From: Rhina ancylostomus
Taxonomy: Eukaryota
Assembly: GCA_030265395.1 (NCBI GenBank)
Contig: JARFYF010000057.1
Location: 5,139,924 to 5,203,923 of the forward strand
Direction of reading: 5' to 3'
Length of the DNA: 64,000 bases
The notes beneath the pieces were generated by a model. The model worked only from the letters and a program-made list of their open reading frames with translations. It was not told the origin of the DNA and did no database searches. A program made the translations under genes and the position numbers. Positions 13,430-27,191 of the stretch are shown in pieces. Position 1 is the stretch's first letter, and each line of letters opens with the position of its first letter.

Positions 13430-13725
13430 CCAACATTAGAGCTTATCTCAGTGAGGGCCATCATTGCCCTATTTTTCTCAATCTTTCTCACTACAATATT
13501 GCACCTTATTTCCAATAAACTCAGCACAGGAGTGGAGTTGGCCTTCGGAACAAATGGGAAACTGTTCAACCTACAGCAACCACACTTCAGAACCAAGGTC
13601 ACCCAGACCTCAGTAGTCAAGCTGTCATTGCAGACAGTGCTTGGTTTTGCATTTGCTCAGAGGCCAGGCTCCAAGCCATTGTTGACTTGTTCACTGAAGC
13701 ATGCATGAGGATGGGCTGCATGGCT
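13430..13725 (+). mobile_element. RTE-clade RT fragment
   Basis: LFFSIFL..ILHL....GVELAFGTNGKLFNLQQ...RTKV, resembling the RTE RTDGKLFNLRRL block. Confidence 0.7.
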
Positions 13726-13799
13726 CGAGCCACCCAGCTCCTATCGTGACCTCAGATTTTGTCTGTGTGCGGTTCGTTTGTTCTCTGTGTGATTGTGAT

Positions 13800-13992
13800 T
13801 AAATTAGAGAAGGTGCAGACAAGATTCACAAGGGTGTTGGCAGGACTGAGGGTTTGAGTTATAAGGAGAGACTGGATAGGCTGAGGACCATAGATACGGT
13901 GGATGGTTGCTGCCTTTTTCCCCAGGGTAGGGGAGTTTAAACTTTAGAGGTAATGGGAAAGATTTAAAGGGAATCTGAGGGGGAATTTTTTC
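13800..13992 (+). mobile_element. CR1 3' fragment
   Basis: LEKVQTRFTRVLAGL..LSYKERLDRL motif. Confidence 0.75.
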
Positions 13993-15699
13993 TGTGGAAT
14001 CCAGTTTTATAACTGTACTGAAACAGATTGGCTGTTCTTTAGTCTAGTTTTCAGCACTAAAGCTGAGATGTTGTTTGCTCCTATAACCTTGGTATCCAGT
14101 GCTCTCAGCTGTTTCTTCAAATTGACTGAGAACTTCTGTGATGATGTGTACCACAGGAGGAAGGCAAAATGGATTAGTCATTTGTTGCTTCTGACTGGTT
14201 ACAAACCTTGCCATTAATGCTCACGTGCTGGCTGCCTAGAGTATCAAGGATGGCAGTGTTGTTGAAGAACTCTACTTCCATTAGCTGTATAATTGTCCAT
14301 CACCATTCACAGCCCTGAGACGAGAATGCAGAACTTTGATCCATTTGCTTATCTCAACGTCAGTGTAGTCCTATCAGCAAGTTCCACATTTGTTCAGGAG
14401 TTCCAAGCTTATTCGCAATTGAGAACTAATTGGTAGCAGTTCAGCACAGACAGTCAGCATTGCCAGCAAATTCTGAGCCATCATGATGTGCCCCTTTACT
14501 CTTTTAGCATCTTGTCTTTCTTTTAGTATCTCATCTAGTTCCAGCTCCTCACCCTTCCTTAAGTCTTTCTTGCATCGAGTTTCTCACTAAAATATCCACA
14601 CTCCTTCTCCTCCTCCTCATGCTTTGCACTGAGTAACTCCTTGCTCTCTCTTATTTAAATATCCATCTTGATATACTTGCAGTCTCTTTTGTGTTTACTT
14701 CCATCTTGTTCTCAATCTCTCCCTCTAAGTAGATTCCCTTTTCCACCTTGTCGTGTCTATTCTCCCATTTTTTGTGGTGTCAATCACGGATATAATTCAC
14801 TGCGATCTTGTCTTTGTAGTAAGTCCACTTCTCCCTTTGCAAATCCACTTTACTTTGGGTCTATCCTCTCTTGGCAAGAAATGCTTTCATCCAAGTCATT
14901 TACAGCTGCATTTTCAAATGCCACATTTAAAGAAGTTTCTTTGGATTTCCATTCACTGTGTTGTTTCTACACCATTTTGCTCAATCACTTCTTTAGTTCC
15001 AGGTAAAACAATTATTCTCTCGTAAACTAGCTAGTTCCATGGAATGGCCCTGACTACCACTACCTTAAATCCATGGGAATGTGATAACTGAAATAAAAGT
15101 ATTGAAAATTGGGCTGAATTATGGCTCATTGTAAGCCTCCAGTCTCCTGGCTGTGAGGGGTTTTCTAGTTTGTTGTCCTAAATGGCACCGGTTGTTCTAT
15201 GGTTACTTTGACTAAATATGGCACGTAGCAGGTCAGCCATTCAGTGCCAGATATGTTGGACCACATAAAACATTGTTAGGTCCCAGTCTTCTCTGCAAAA
15301 GCTGCTCATTTCTGCAAATATAACTCCTATTTCTTTGTGAACTGATTTCTTAAATCCCTCTCCCTGCCTCTTCCCATCCTTATTACAACTTTATGGTTTA
15401 ATCTAGTCCTAAACTTGCATATTTATTATTTTCCGTTCTATCTTCCTTTACGTGCTCTCCAAGCTCATCTTGGCAATAAAGTCCACCTCTAACACCTTGG
15501 TGCTATTCTCACCAAACTGTAGACCACTCAGTTTCACTTTTTGCCATTCCATATCAGCAGATAATTTTAATAATTCCCCCTTGCCTTTAAATCTGCCATC
15601 ATTATCATGCTGCTCAAAACAAAAAGGTCCTTCAATCTGTCAATTTGCAAAGCACCATCCTATTCCCATTTTTTGGTCCCTTTTTCCTTTCCATAGTCG

Positions 15700-16950
15700 T
15701 TGAATACCTTGTAGCCTCCAGAATTTGTCTATTTTCTCCATAATGCGCTACTTCGATCCATCAAGCCAAGTTTCACTAAATACCACAGTCTGCAAATGGC
15801 TCTTAACCAAAATTGAGCAGCCTGTAACCAACCCTGTTTATCCTTCTCTACCCTATAACAACCTTTGACACAGTTAACCACATCATCTGCCCTCGCCTAG
15901 GTCTATTCTTATTCTTATAATAGTGCTTGAGAATCACCTGGAGTCGTTGCTTTTCTTGCTTCTGCACAGGCACTTCTGGAGTCCCATCCTATTTCTGATT
16001 TAGATGCTTGGCTTCATTGGCCAAAAACACATCAGATGTCATATACATGGTGATGACACCCAGTTCTATCTTAATACAATTTATATCGATCCCTACACTG
16101 TCTCTGAATATGTTGCACACATGGCTCAAAATTCTAGGATTGCATGAGCAGAAATTTCCTCCCTAGAAAATATTGCGAAGGCCAGTTTGTTATCTGCTTC
16201 AACAGTATTCTTGTCATTGACTCCATTTTACCTTGCTGGTGACTTTCTGGGGTTCAACCAGATTACTTGTAGCTTCAAACAAAAAAACCAGAATGCTGGA
16301 AGAATTGAGCGGGTCAAACAAAAGGTGTAAGTTGATGTTTTGGGTCGAGAGCCTGCATCAGGACTGAGAGGGAAGAGGAAAGATTGTTTCTAGCCTTTGA
16401 TAATGAGATGAGCTTTGGACCATGCATTTTTTCCAATGCTAGAGTTGCTTGCTTTCACTTCTGTTGCATCATTTGGCTCTGCTCCTGCCTCAGTTCATAT
16501 TGCTGAAACTGTCTTTAAATCCTCCTTTATTTATAAAGATGACCATCCCAATACCCTTCTGGCCAGACTCTCATCTTCTACCCTCCATAAACTTGAGGTC
16601 ATCCAAAATAATTGCCCCCATCCTAACATTCACCCATCACCCTCATGTTTGCTGACCTTCATTCCTTCCTGACTTTTATTGCCTCCTGGTCTGGGAATGC
16701 TTTGATTTTTGAAACCTTTCTTGTTTTCAGCTCTTCGATTGACTAAGCTGCTTCCTTTCTCCCTGATGTCATCTTGTCCTACAAGCCTCTGATTTTTGTA
16801 CTTACAATTGAACCCTCTTGTGCAGTCCCTCATTTTCATCTCTGCAGCATTGGTGCCCGTGCTTTCAGCTACCAAGGCCAGAAGCTGTGTTCTTTTCTAA
16901 ACATCTCAACTTTTCCTCCTCCATAAACCCTACTGCTTTGATCAGGCTTT
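15700..16950 (+). mobile_element. Old L2-type LINE fragment interrupted by a Penelope-like repeat
   Basis: catggtgatgacacccagttctat (YADDTQLY-like) and NTLLARLSSSTLHKLEVIQN (L2 C-terminal block); insertion at about 16278-16385. Confidence 0.65.
16278..16385 (-). mobile_element. Penelope-like terminal repeat
   Basis: aatgctggaagaattgagcgggtca...gttttgggtcgagagcctgcatcaggac; the minus strand reads ctgatgcagg..tcgacccaaaac. Confidence 0.55.
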
Positions 16951-18038
16951 TAGCTATCCCTCCTTTGAAAGGTTTTGGGAATTTTTATTATGTTAAAGGT
17001 GTTGTAAAAATAAAGTTGTTGTGAACACAGAGAATCATCTGTGACCGATAAGCAGTAATCTACGTTGAAGACAAATGTCAAAATTTCATTTCCTGAACTA
17101 GGGCTAGCAATTAATCTTTGCTAACATGTACTTTTAACACAAGGGCAAAATAATACTTCATTTAGAAAAAAATGTATTAATTATGCACAGTAGAAGACTT
17201 ACCTTGTCTGGTCCCCCAGTGAGAGCTTGCTTCCTGAAGCTTTCCTAATACTGAGTGGTGATGAATTGCTGCCATCACTGATTTACTACCTTCACTTTGG
17301 GTGGGGTTGGGAGGAGGAGTGCTGAACCAGTCATACTGAAGGAAAAAAAACTTGACAGGTGACTAATCTACACTTCTTGGTTTAGCTAACTCTCAGATCT
17401 GTCAACTACCTGAATATCTCTGAGTGTCTTTGATACTTTGAAACAAATAAAAGCAATTAAAAGTGAATGAAGCTACTTTTTTCAACAAATCTTTAAAAAT
17501 AATAAAACATTCAAAAGCACTTGACTGACAAATATTTAACAAGCTTTTAAACATGTAAATTTTGGTATTATTTAGTGTGATGAAAATCCTAATTAGCTAA
17601 TGATTAATTATTTTAATTACACAGTGAGTTGCAATTTTTAAAAATTGGTCAAAAACTACCTAAAAATCCATGTTTACTCAGGAAGAAGTTTAACATACAT
17701 ATGTGGGTATTGAGATATCTGATTTTCTGATTTCATTGCCTTTTGTATTTGCTATCTTTTAATGTAGCAAGAAAATCAAATGAACTGTATTATGCCATCA
17801 TTAATGTCTTAATACAGCTCAATTTTTTAAATTACCTTTTCCTTATTCAAGCATGGAGGTCCAGAAAAATGGCACCTTTATATGTGTACCAAGATTTTGC
17901 ATATGGATTGTGATCATATGTGAGGACAAGAAAATGACATCTATCACAAAGTGATGCCAATGCAATGAATAACAAATAGGGTTTTAATAAGAGGACGGGG
18001 AGAGTCAACATAAATTCAGAAAGTGAGTACATACAGCA

Positions 18039-18760
18039 CTAAATTCGGGAAGGGGGTATAAACAAGTAACTTGGTACCATAAATTGGGGAGGGTTTAAAC
18101 TCATTTGGCAGAGGGAAGGAAACCAGGATGTTAGGATAGAGGAAGAGGTATATAGAAACAAATCCAAGACACTGTGTAGTGAAGATGGTAAGAAGGACAG
18201 GCAGGTGAAAAGACAGGATAATTTGCTGAACAATAGAAATACAGTGAAATTGGTAGCAGATACTGGTCTAAATGTACTATATTTAAATGCACATAGCATT
18301 AGAAATAAAGTGGATGACCTAGTGACACAGCTACAAATTAAAAAATATGATATTGTGCCAATCACCGAGTCATGGCTTAATGACAGATATGGCTGGGAAC
18401 TGAATGTCCAGGGGTACACAGTGTATAGGAAAGATAGGCAGGTAGGCAGAGGGGGTGGTGTGGCCCTGATGGTTAGCAATGATATAAAATCAATAGAGAG
18501 AAGGGACATAGGGTCAGAAGAAGTGGAATCCTTATGGGTGGAGCTAAGAAATGGNNNNNNNNNNNNNNNNNNNNNNNNNNNNNNNNNNNNNNNNNNNNNN
18601 NNNNNNNNNNNNNNNNNNNNNNNNNNNNNNNNNNNNNNNNNNNNNNNNNNNNNNAGGGATATGGGGATAAGGCCAGAAATTGGGGCTAGATAGGAATAGT
18701 TTTAGTTTAGCTCATGGAGCCAAATGGCCTACTTCTGCTCCTTTGTCTTGTGGTCTTGTG
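18039..18760 (+). mobile_element. Young CR1 LINE: intact APE endonuclease start, 100-N gap, then 3' end
   Basis: Open frame LNVLYLNAHSIRNKVDDL...YDIVPITESWL...GYTVYRKDR..GRGGGVALMV...ESLWVELRN. The CR1 3' tail ggagccaaatggcctacttctgctcct follows the gap. Confidence 0.88.
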
Positions 18761-19300
18761 ATAAATGGAGGAAGAATAGCCAAGGATAAAATTGAAAATG
18801 ATTAAGGGATTGTAGTAGACTTGATGCTCATTTTGACCAACAACTGAGGAGCAGCAATCACTGAACAAATTGAATTCTGAACAGTATGATCATAACATTA
18901 CAGTATGTTCGAGGAATTATTATCATAACTATGTGATGATCCATTTCTGGTTCTCACAGCACTTGAAGTATCATTTCAGAGAAAAGCCTCAAGTTTGATC
19001 TATAGTTTTAGATGTTTCAGCTGGAGGAACAACTGAGAAATTAATTTTTCATAGTTGAATGGAGAGATAATTGTAATTTTTGTGGAAGCATAAATGATTT
19101 GGAGGAATCTTGATTATTATGTCAAAGAGAATTTTTATGAATGGGCAGAAGGGGACACCAGTTGAAATGAAATTAGCATAAATGTCTGGAAGCTCTTACT
19201 AATGTATGCAATGATGTGTAACCGTCTTCCAGGTGGATTAATGGAGGTGAAAGCCCTGAAATCATTGTTACGACAAGATTAAAATTTGAGTTGTTAGTTG
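18761..19300 (+). mobile_element. Ancient CR1 3' relic
   Basis: Very degenerate CR1 C-terminal patterns directly after the young element. Confidence 0.35.
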
Positions 19301-21169
19301 GCAATGGGGAGTGGGTTGACGGTGGGGAAGCGTTGAAGGCAAATAGTTATTAGCATTCATGTTTATCTTCTAATCCTGAGTATTGTCACTAATTGCATGA
19401 AATAGTTTGTATCAATATTTGAAGTTGATCAGTTCATTTTATTGTCTGCCATACTGTTTTAATATTGTATCAGTACATGTCGCTATGCTGTTATGCAAAT
19501 AACAGATTTGCAAACAGCAGTATATCACCCTGATCCTGTATACCTGAAAATGTTGACACACTGCAAACTTAGAAGGATAAAATCTGTAATTTTATTGTTG
19601 GGTGCTTTTTCACAGTAGGTTCTATTATGTAATGACAAAATTAGCTAGTTATGCTTTTTCTCATTCTTCTTGTGTCCATTTTAACTAAATTTGCACATTC
19701 TTTCCTACCTGTTGTAACTAAGGTCACACTATACATACTGCTATTTCTGACGATTATGACCAATGTGCTCTAGGCATTTTTGCTCTAAATAATGTGTTTT
19801 GGTTTACATAATGATTGCTGATGCGCCTTATTCTGATCTACTTCGGAGGGGTTACTAAGCCTGACAGTTCAGCTTTGCTTTGGAAATGATGAGATTGTCA
19901 TTGGATCTCTGGGTTAATGAGACACTCTCCTCAGATTTTAATGCAACTACCTTGCATCTCCAGGCTCAGTAAATATTTTCCACCTGTTTTTATTAATGAT
20001 AATATCAGTTCTTCATGTTGAAAATGCATTGAAGAATTCTTGTTAATTTGAATCCCACTGGTTGAAAAATGAACATAAAAGTATAAAATTAATAAATTAA
20101 TTATAAGAAAACTGTAAGAAAACACAGAAAAAAATCACAGGCAATATAGCAAAGTTATATACTGCTCATTTCAAATTACATCTGAAATTCACTACCTCGT
20201 GAATCAAGATGGCAGCTGGGATGTCATGAAGAAATGAAAATTTTGGTTTTAGTTCTTCAAATTGCAGTTTCAGTCCCTCCTTTGTCTTCCTACATCTATT
20301 GATAGATGTAGGAAGCTTACACTTTGCATAATGTTTACAACTTTGAAGCAGACTATTTGGCCCAATATATACATACCACGGATTATGCCTTATACAAGCT
20401 CATCCCACTCTTCTAAGCATTAACAAATCCTTTCATTCCTTTCTTCCCCCATATTTAACAAGGTTTCCTTAAATTCATCCAGTTGCCTCCATTATATTTT
20501 GACATTATTAATTGTTTATTGATCACAAGTGTTTCAAAAGGCACACACATTTTCATTGCCAAGACTATTTGCAGTTTCATCTCCATTACTCAGTTGTTCT
20601 TTTGTTTTCAATAACCCTTAATTCTGCATTAAAACTAAAACTGCTCAAGGCCTGAACATTACTCTTCTATCAGGGNNNNNNNNNNNNNGCACTCGTGGAG
20701 ACAAATGTTGGCTGGTATCAAAGGTCCGCAGGCTTACAGTATGCAAAAGGAAGTGAGGGATGGCGAGTGCTTATAACTACTTTTGTCAGTGATTTGCACA
20801 GTAGCTGTCAGCTTGTGCTTGCTGATGTCTGCCAGCCATCTCCCAAGCTGTGACACCTCTTCCTGCTGATTTTAATTGTATTTCATACAAATTATACTTA
20901 CCTTCAATGCCCCAACCTTGTGCTGGCTTACATTCTGGATTTTACAAGGGATTAATTTCAAAATAGAAATTACATATTTTTGTGGATATAGTTGTTCACT
21001 GGATTAAACGAATATATTGCAGTGCTCACTGGTTCATTACATTTGCCAGGTTTTTAAAAACTCCCAGACTCTCATGGGAGTTTGCTCCATTGTGAATATC
21101 TTGTAGCTATTGTAGATGTTTGGGGAATACCAATACTCTCAGGTCTTGGGCAGATGTAAGAAAATGCCG

Positions 21170-21275
21170 TATGACCTCCCATTTCTGTGTCACCCAAACC
21201 TAGTCAACATCCAGGCATGGGCTGAAAAGTGAAAAATAACATCTGTGCCACAGCAAGGGCAGGCACTGCTCATCT

Positions 21276-21315
<40 letters not shown>

Positions 21316-21985
21316 CTAACCACCTATTCTTTACATTCAATGCCATTACCATCACCGGGTCTCTGACCACCAATATCCTGGGAGTCAGTATTGACCAGAA
21401 ATTCAACTGGGTTATGTCTATAAGAGCAAGTAAGAGGCTGGGTATCCTTTGTGAAGTGACTAATCTCTTGATTTCCCCAAGCCTTTCCACCATCTACAAG
21501 GATACGTCAGAAATGTGATGGAATATTCTCCACTTGCCTTGATGAGTGCAATATCTACAACTCCCAAAAAAGTTGACCCCTTCCAGGATTAAGCAACCCA
21601 CTTCTTAAGCAGCTCATCAACCTCCCTAAACATTCTTTCCCTCCATCACCAGCACAGGTGGCTGCAGTGTGGACCATCTACAAAATGCAAAATGCTGTGC
21701 AGTCACTTGCTCAGGCTGCTCCTACTATCAAGAAGGACAAGGGCAGCAGCTGCATTTTGAACACCACCACCTGCAGATACATCTCCAAGTTGGACACCAT
21801 CCTGACCTGGAAATATATCAATTGTCCTTCATTGTCACTGGATCTAATTCCTGGAAGTTTCTCCTCAACAGAGTATGGAACCCTCACCAAAGGCAGCCTA
21901 CCACTATCTTTTCAAAGACAAAAGGGATGGGCAATAAAGGCTGGCCTTGTCAGTGTTGCTAGGATACCTAAAATAAACTAGAATA
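21170..21985 (+). mobile_element. CR1/L2-group LINE 3' portion with internal (GA)n
   Basis: ILGVSIDQKFNW, LSTIYK and MEYSPLA motifs; 3' end gggatgggcaataaaggctggccttgtcagt shared with 47035-47120; (GA)n at about 21280-21312. Confidence 0.7.
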
Positions 21986-22194
21986 GATCAGATCACATTT
22001 TTCAACAACCATATCAACACACTCACCCCACTGCCCTTGAGTCCCTCCCCAAAAATGTCTTTACCTCACCATCATTTTGAACAGTAGGAAAGTTGTTCAT
22101 TTTGTATTGTATTCATATGAAACTATTAGTCAACTTGAATTCTGTGGCAAATATAGAGTACAGAGTTCAGATTTATTTATAATTTCCCTACTGA

Positions 22195-22431
<237 letters not shown>

Positions 22432-23679
22432 TGATCTGCTTGTAATTCAGTTATTTAGACTAGTTGTTTATTAGATGTTAGATCTCATTGTGCAATAAGC
22501 AGTTATTATAACATGACTCCTTGGGATAAGATGCAAGGTTCATTTGGTAAATCAATTTGTAGTTTCCCTTCCCCCATTGTCTCCACGATTCCTCCCCGGT
22601 TTCCCTTTCTACAAATCTGTTACTACTAAGTGAAAAAGGTAGAAATCATTGACATTCAGTAAGAAATTAATGTAAGCAGTATCCACAATGCTTCGCTTTC
22701 AGTTTGGAATTTACCCAAAGGTCAATACATCTGTTGTGGGCAAGAAAGAAACTGCTAGCAGTGGTGGTCATGCAACCAAATTATGGATTTTTCTGAGATA
22801 TGGACAGTGGGTCAATTATTTTCATTTCAGGGAACATCATCAACCAATTAAGAAGTATTTGAAATGTTCTTTCAATTTTCAGGTGATTGTTTTTGATGTC
22901 AATTCTGTATCTCACTATTCAGATTAATTTGCTATGCTGGTTAATAAAGGGTATCAGTTGCATTGGAATGTGTGGGTAATGGAGACATCTACTACTTCGT
23001 AATCAACCTTCTGAAATGCTTCTGTGTGATTAGCAAGGAGCTACAGGATGAGGATTTGCCTCGTGATCAGCCTGAAGTATTGTTTATCCATAGAATCATT
23101 AGATGTCTAAATTTGTTTCTGTGACTGTGTTCCTCAGGCTATTTAGATCTGAAAAGAAAAGTGTATGACACTGTTATAACTTTAAAACTTAGAAGTTAAT
23201 GGATGTGTAAACATATTTCAAGATTGTTCATAAAACCCTTCAGAATACAGTACTTTCCAGAGAAGTCTCTAATATAATTTATTCCTTCTTTTGGATTTGA
23301 AGTGCTATGTAAATATGTGGATGTGTCTGGCTTTGAAAGTAAGAATCCTAACACCAAACAACTTGGCAGTGTAATGAAATGCAAGACTGACCCAAATGAG
23401 TCAAGTCACTGTCAGCTATAGTTTGTGAAAGGCAGGAAATGAGATTCCCATTTCAGAGTTGCCCTAGAGACTTAAGATTCTTGACTAATAGATTTTTATT
23501 AAGTTTGTAAAATATTACTTGAGGAACAGTCGTGAAAATTCAATTTATAGCTATTGAAACTAAAACAGAAAACAAGGACAGAGACCCATTTTTATAGTTA
23601 AACAGCTCATTAAAGGCAAGATTAGAGATGGAAAGAAGAGTAAAGTTATGAAGACACTTAGCCTTTGTAATTCAGACAT

Positions 23680-24290
23680 GAGGTATGGAAGCCATTGGCA
23701 CAGCCAAGACCGTGTCCTTATCTAACTGGCCACAATTTGCCACTTTGAATTGCTGCAGTCTATGTGGTGAAGGTGCTCTCATGGAGGTGTTAAGCTCAGG
23801 AGCGCTAGGGTTTGGGTGCATTCTAGTCAGGACAAGGTGTAACTTACAACTGATGCTGTTCCTATCTGCCAGTTGTCTTTCCTTTTGCCAGGTGGTGTCT
23901 AAGATACATCAGTGAGTTGCTAGATTACATCTGAGATGTTGCACTCTGTAGCTATTGCTGCTGGTTGCAGAAGGAATGAATGTTAATTGTGAAGAATGTC
24001 ACTCAAGCAGTCAGTTTTTTTTCCTGGATGGTGCTAATACTCTTGAATGCTGTTGGTGCTGCACTCTTAATCAAGTAAAAAGTAGGATGTCCGATGGAAA
24101 TTAGCACATGCTGTTGAATAGTCAACTTCCTATCTGCTTTTATGGCCACAGTTGTTATATGGCTTGTCAGTTTAAGCTTTTGGTTCGTGTTAACACCAAA
24201 ATGTTAGTGGTAATAAAATTTAATACCAAGGAGAGTTAAACACTCTTGTTAGAGATGGTCATTGCCCTGAATTTGAGTGAACACTCCCAC
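23680..24290 (-). mobile_element. Degenerate copy of the 21170 LINE family
   Basis: Reverse-complement similarity to 21250-21960 (cttgttagagatggtcattgcc; tcctggatggtg..ctcttgaatg). Confidence 0.55.
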
Positions 24291-25829
24291 TTCTGATCTT
24301 GTGGAGGGTAATTCATTTGGTGAACCAACTAAAATGGTCAGATTGAGAACTGAGGAACTCCTGCAGCTGGATTCTAGATCTGAAATGGTTGGCTGCAGGT
24401 GATCTTGGGCACCTTCATTGGTGCCATAACTGCTGCTTCGATGTGCTTGGAAAGCTGTACACAGATTTAGAAACCCCCTAATATCGTGCATGTTTTTGAA
24501 ATTGAATAAAGAATTAGATGGTCAAAGAGGAAAAGTATTAAAGTATTTGAGAAAAGTGCAGCAAAATGGGATCCGAGTTACTAACTTGGATAGTGACCTT
24601 GATACCTACTTCCGTTTGGTTGATGCTCTGCCGCAGATCGAGTGCGACAGGTAGATAACTCAACCTTCTTTAGTGGGAAGGAAGGAAGAGAAGAAGGGAG
24701 AGGGAGGAAGATAACTGATTACTTACAGGAAGGAACTGTATGACTTGGACAGACACTGTATGAACCTTGCTGGAACCTAGATCACTGTAGGGGAAAAATA
24801 AATAGAGTGGTTTCCAAGGCTTTAAACTAGTAAATAGAGAAGGAGAGCTCAGGAGGAAAAAAATATTAACAGTGGCTCTGAAAGAAATGATGGGGAAGAG
24901 AGTAGACTAATAGAAATTGTGCCTGAGGCACTGAAGTAAAGGGAAGCTGAAGGACGCAAAAATTAAAGGATGTGAAGTAGCAAAAGTTGAGAAGGGTACC
25001 TTTGTGTGTGTGTGTTTTTGTGTGTGTGTGTGTACCCTCCTGGCNNNNNNNNNNNNNNNNNNNNNNNNNNNNNNNNNNNNNNNNNNNNNNNNNNNNNNNN
25101 NNNNNNNNNNNNNNNNNNNNNNNNNNNNNNNNNNNNNNNNNNNNNNNNNNNNNNNGTACTGGAAACTAAATGAACTGCATTATTATGTCTGCAGAAAAGA
25201 TTGGGAGAATGATTGGGTGGGGGGGTGGGGAGGGAGAATAGTAACTTCCATGACTGAAGATATAATGGAAGGTAATCAGGCAGTGGAGACTGAAATAGAA
25301 TTAAGACATGAAAAAGGATTTAACACTCTTGCAGAGGTTGTGTGCAGGACCTCTGATAATAGTTATGAAATGACGAGTTTGTAAATCAAAATATCATGGA
25401 ACTGTGTGGCAAAGGCAGAGTGGTTTTAATTTGGGACCCAAATTTGGCATTCAGAGAAGCCATCTAACTCACATTTGAAAGGTACTAAATTTCTTAAATG
25501 ATTTAGAATGGTATTATGTAACAATATATTTTGGAAGAAACAAAGATAATGCACCAAACTAGATTTAGTAATAATGAATCTGATTTAGTTAACAGCCTAC
25601 TGTGTGAGCACGTTTCAATTATGATATGATCAAATTCAATGCAGTGTTTGAAAGGGAGCAGGGCAAAACAACTGTGACAATTTTGGATTTGATTAAGGCT
25701 GATTTTCATATGATCAGCCACAGTAAAGAGAAAAAATTGTCTTTTTTTTACCTTTTAACATAAGGTTATGGGAATGCATTAAACAAAGAATTTGATGCAA
25801 AATAGAACCAATTTATATTTTTACTTATG

Positions 25830-26140
25830 ACATAGGAGGCCATTTGGCCTATTGAATTTTTGCTGGCTCAGAGCAATCCTTTTTCTCTACTGATTTTCCC
25901 TGAAACCTTATTGTTTCCACATTCCCCTCAAATCCTCACTGTTTCTGCAACTCACCTACTCACTAGGGCCAATTAATTTTCTGACCTGCACATCTCTCAG
26001 AGGTGGGAGGAATCCAGAACACCTGGGGGAAGTCCATGCTTTCACAGAAAGGATGTGCAAACTGCACACAGCACGGAGGTCAGGATTGTACCCAGGTTGC
26101 CGGAGCTGTGAGTCAGTAATTCTACTAGCTGCACCACTGA
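25830..26140 (-). mobile_element. HE1/V-SINE-like SINE
   Basis: Reverse complement of the 6770 element (tgtgcaaactgcacaca...ggagctgtgag...ctagctgcaccactg). Confidence 0.75.
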
Positions 26141-26176
26141 ATAAGGATTCTACTGCTTAAAAAAGGCATGCGTGAT

Positions 26177-26282
26177 TGACCAAAGAGTTAATGACCAAAG
26201 AGTTAATGACCAAAGAGTTAATGACCAAAGAGTTAATGACCAAAGAGTTAATGACCAAAGAGTTAATTGACTAAAGACTTAT
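26177..26282. repeat. 15-bp minisatellite (TGACCAAAGAGTTAA)x6 plus one degenerate unit
   Basis: Six perfect head-to-tail units at 26177-26266, then tgactaaagacttat. Confidence 0.95.
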
Positions 26283-27191
26283 AACGTAAATAGAAGAAAG
26301 GATGTGCAAAGAAGATAAAAAGAGGCACTGACAATTGGAAGCTATGCAAAGAATAACAATTGAATAACTGAAAGGTGCTTCAAAAAGGAAATATAAAAAG
26401 AAACTTAATATCAAGATCAACGAAGGGAATAATCAGTAACAATGATCAACCGACAATCAGCGAAGACATTGATGGGCCACTGCTTTGAACTGCTGTGTCC
26501 TTCTGGTGAAGGTGCTCCCACAGTGGATGGGGAGTTCCAGGCTTTGCACTCAGCAACAGAAAGGACGACATTTTGTAGGTGCATTGCCTGGGCAATGTAA
26601 ATCCATGTATGTTGATGATTAAAATGTCAGGCAGAGGATAACAAGTTAAAGGAAACCCCCAGTGGAACATTTTGTCCCCGTTTCTAAAGGGCTGGAGTAT
26701 AATTAGATAGAAGTTGCACTACAATAATAAAAACCCGAGACCTCATCTGCAGTATTTTGAGCAACTATAGGCATTGACCTCCAAGGAGTATTCCAGTTTT
26801 TAAATCAGCAGCATCTGCAATATTTTCTATCCTCTTGGAAGGAGGAGGGTGGAGATTTACCAGAGTGATACCTGAACATCAGAGATTAAATTACAAGGAA
26901 AGGTATGTTGCTATATTCATTGGAATTTAGATAATTAATATGTTGTTTTTACAGTAATGAAAGGAAATGATAATGTAGATCAAAATGGCTTTCACTGGTT
27001 TGAGACTCTAGGACTAGTGGGGATGCATAAGAGATAGGGCTGGCCTTTCGTTTGGAAGTTTGGAACACTTTTTTTCTGCAAGGTGTAATTGTTGGTTGGT
27101 CATTTGTTCATTTTAAATCTGAGATTGATAGAATTTTGTTAAGTAATCGTATTAAAATACTTGGAATAAAGGTAGGTATATAGTGTACATA

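Larger units (their letters stand above)
24560..27190 (+). mobile_element. Fragmented ancient CR1 (ORF1, endonuclease and 3' relics) interrupted by younger repeats
   Basis: Endonuclease-like relics at 25160-25730 and CR1 C-terminal/3' UTR at 26640-27190; the 3' UTR resumes at about 28260-28335. Confidence 0.45.

Noticed and set aside
22866-22890. Recursive splice site ttcaattttcag|gtgatt (also tttacag|gtttag near 58150)
   Set aside because: The regenerated donors are weak and such motifs are expected by chance in 64 kb.
26177-26266. CRISPR-like array
   Set aside because: No spacers, a 15-bp unit, and vertebrate context with no cas genes.
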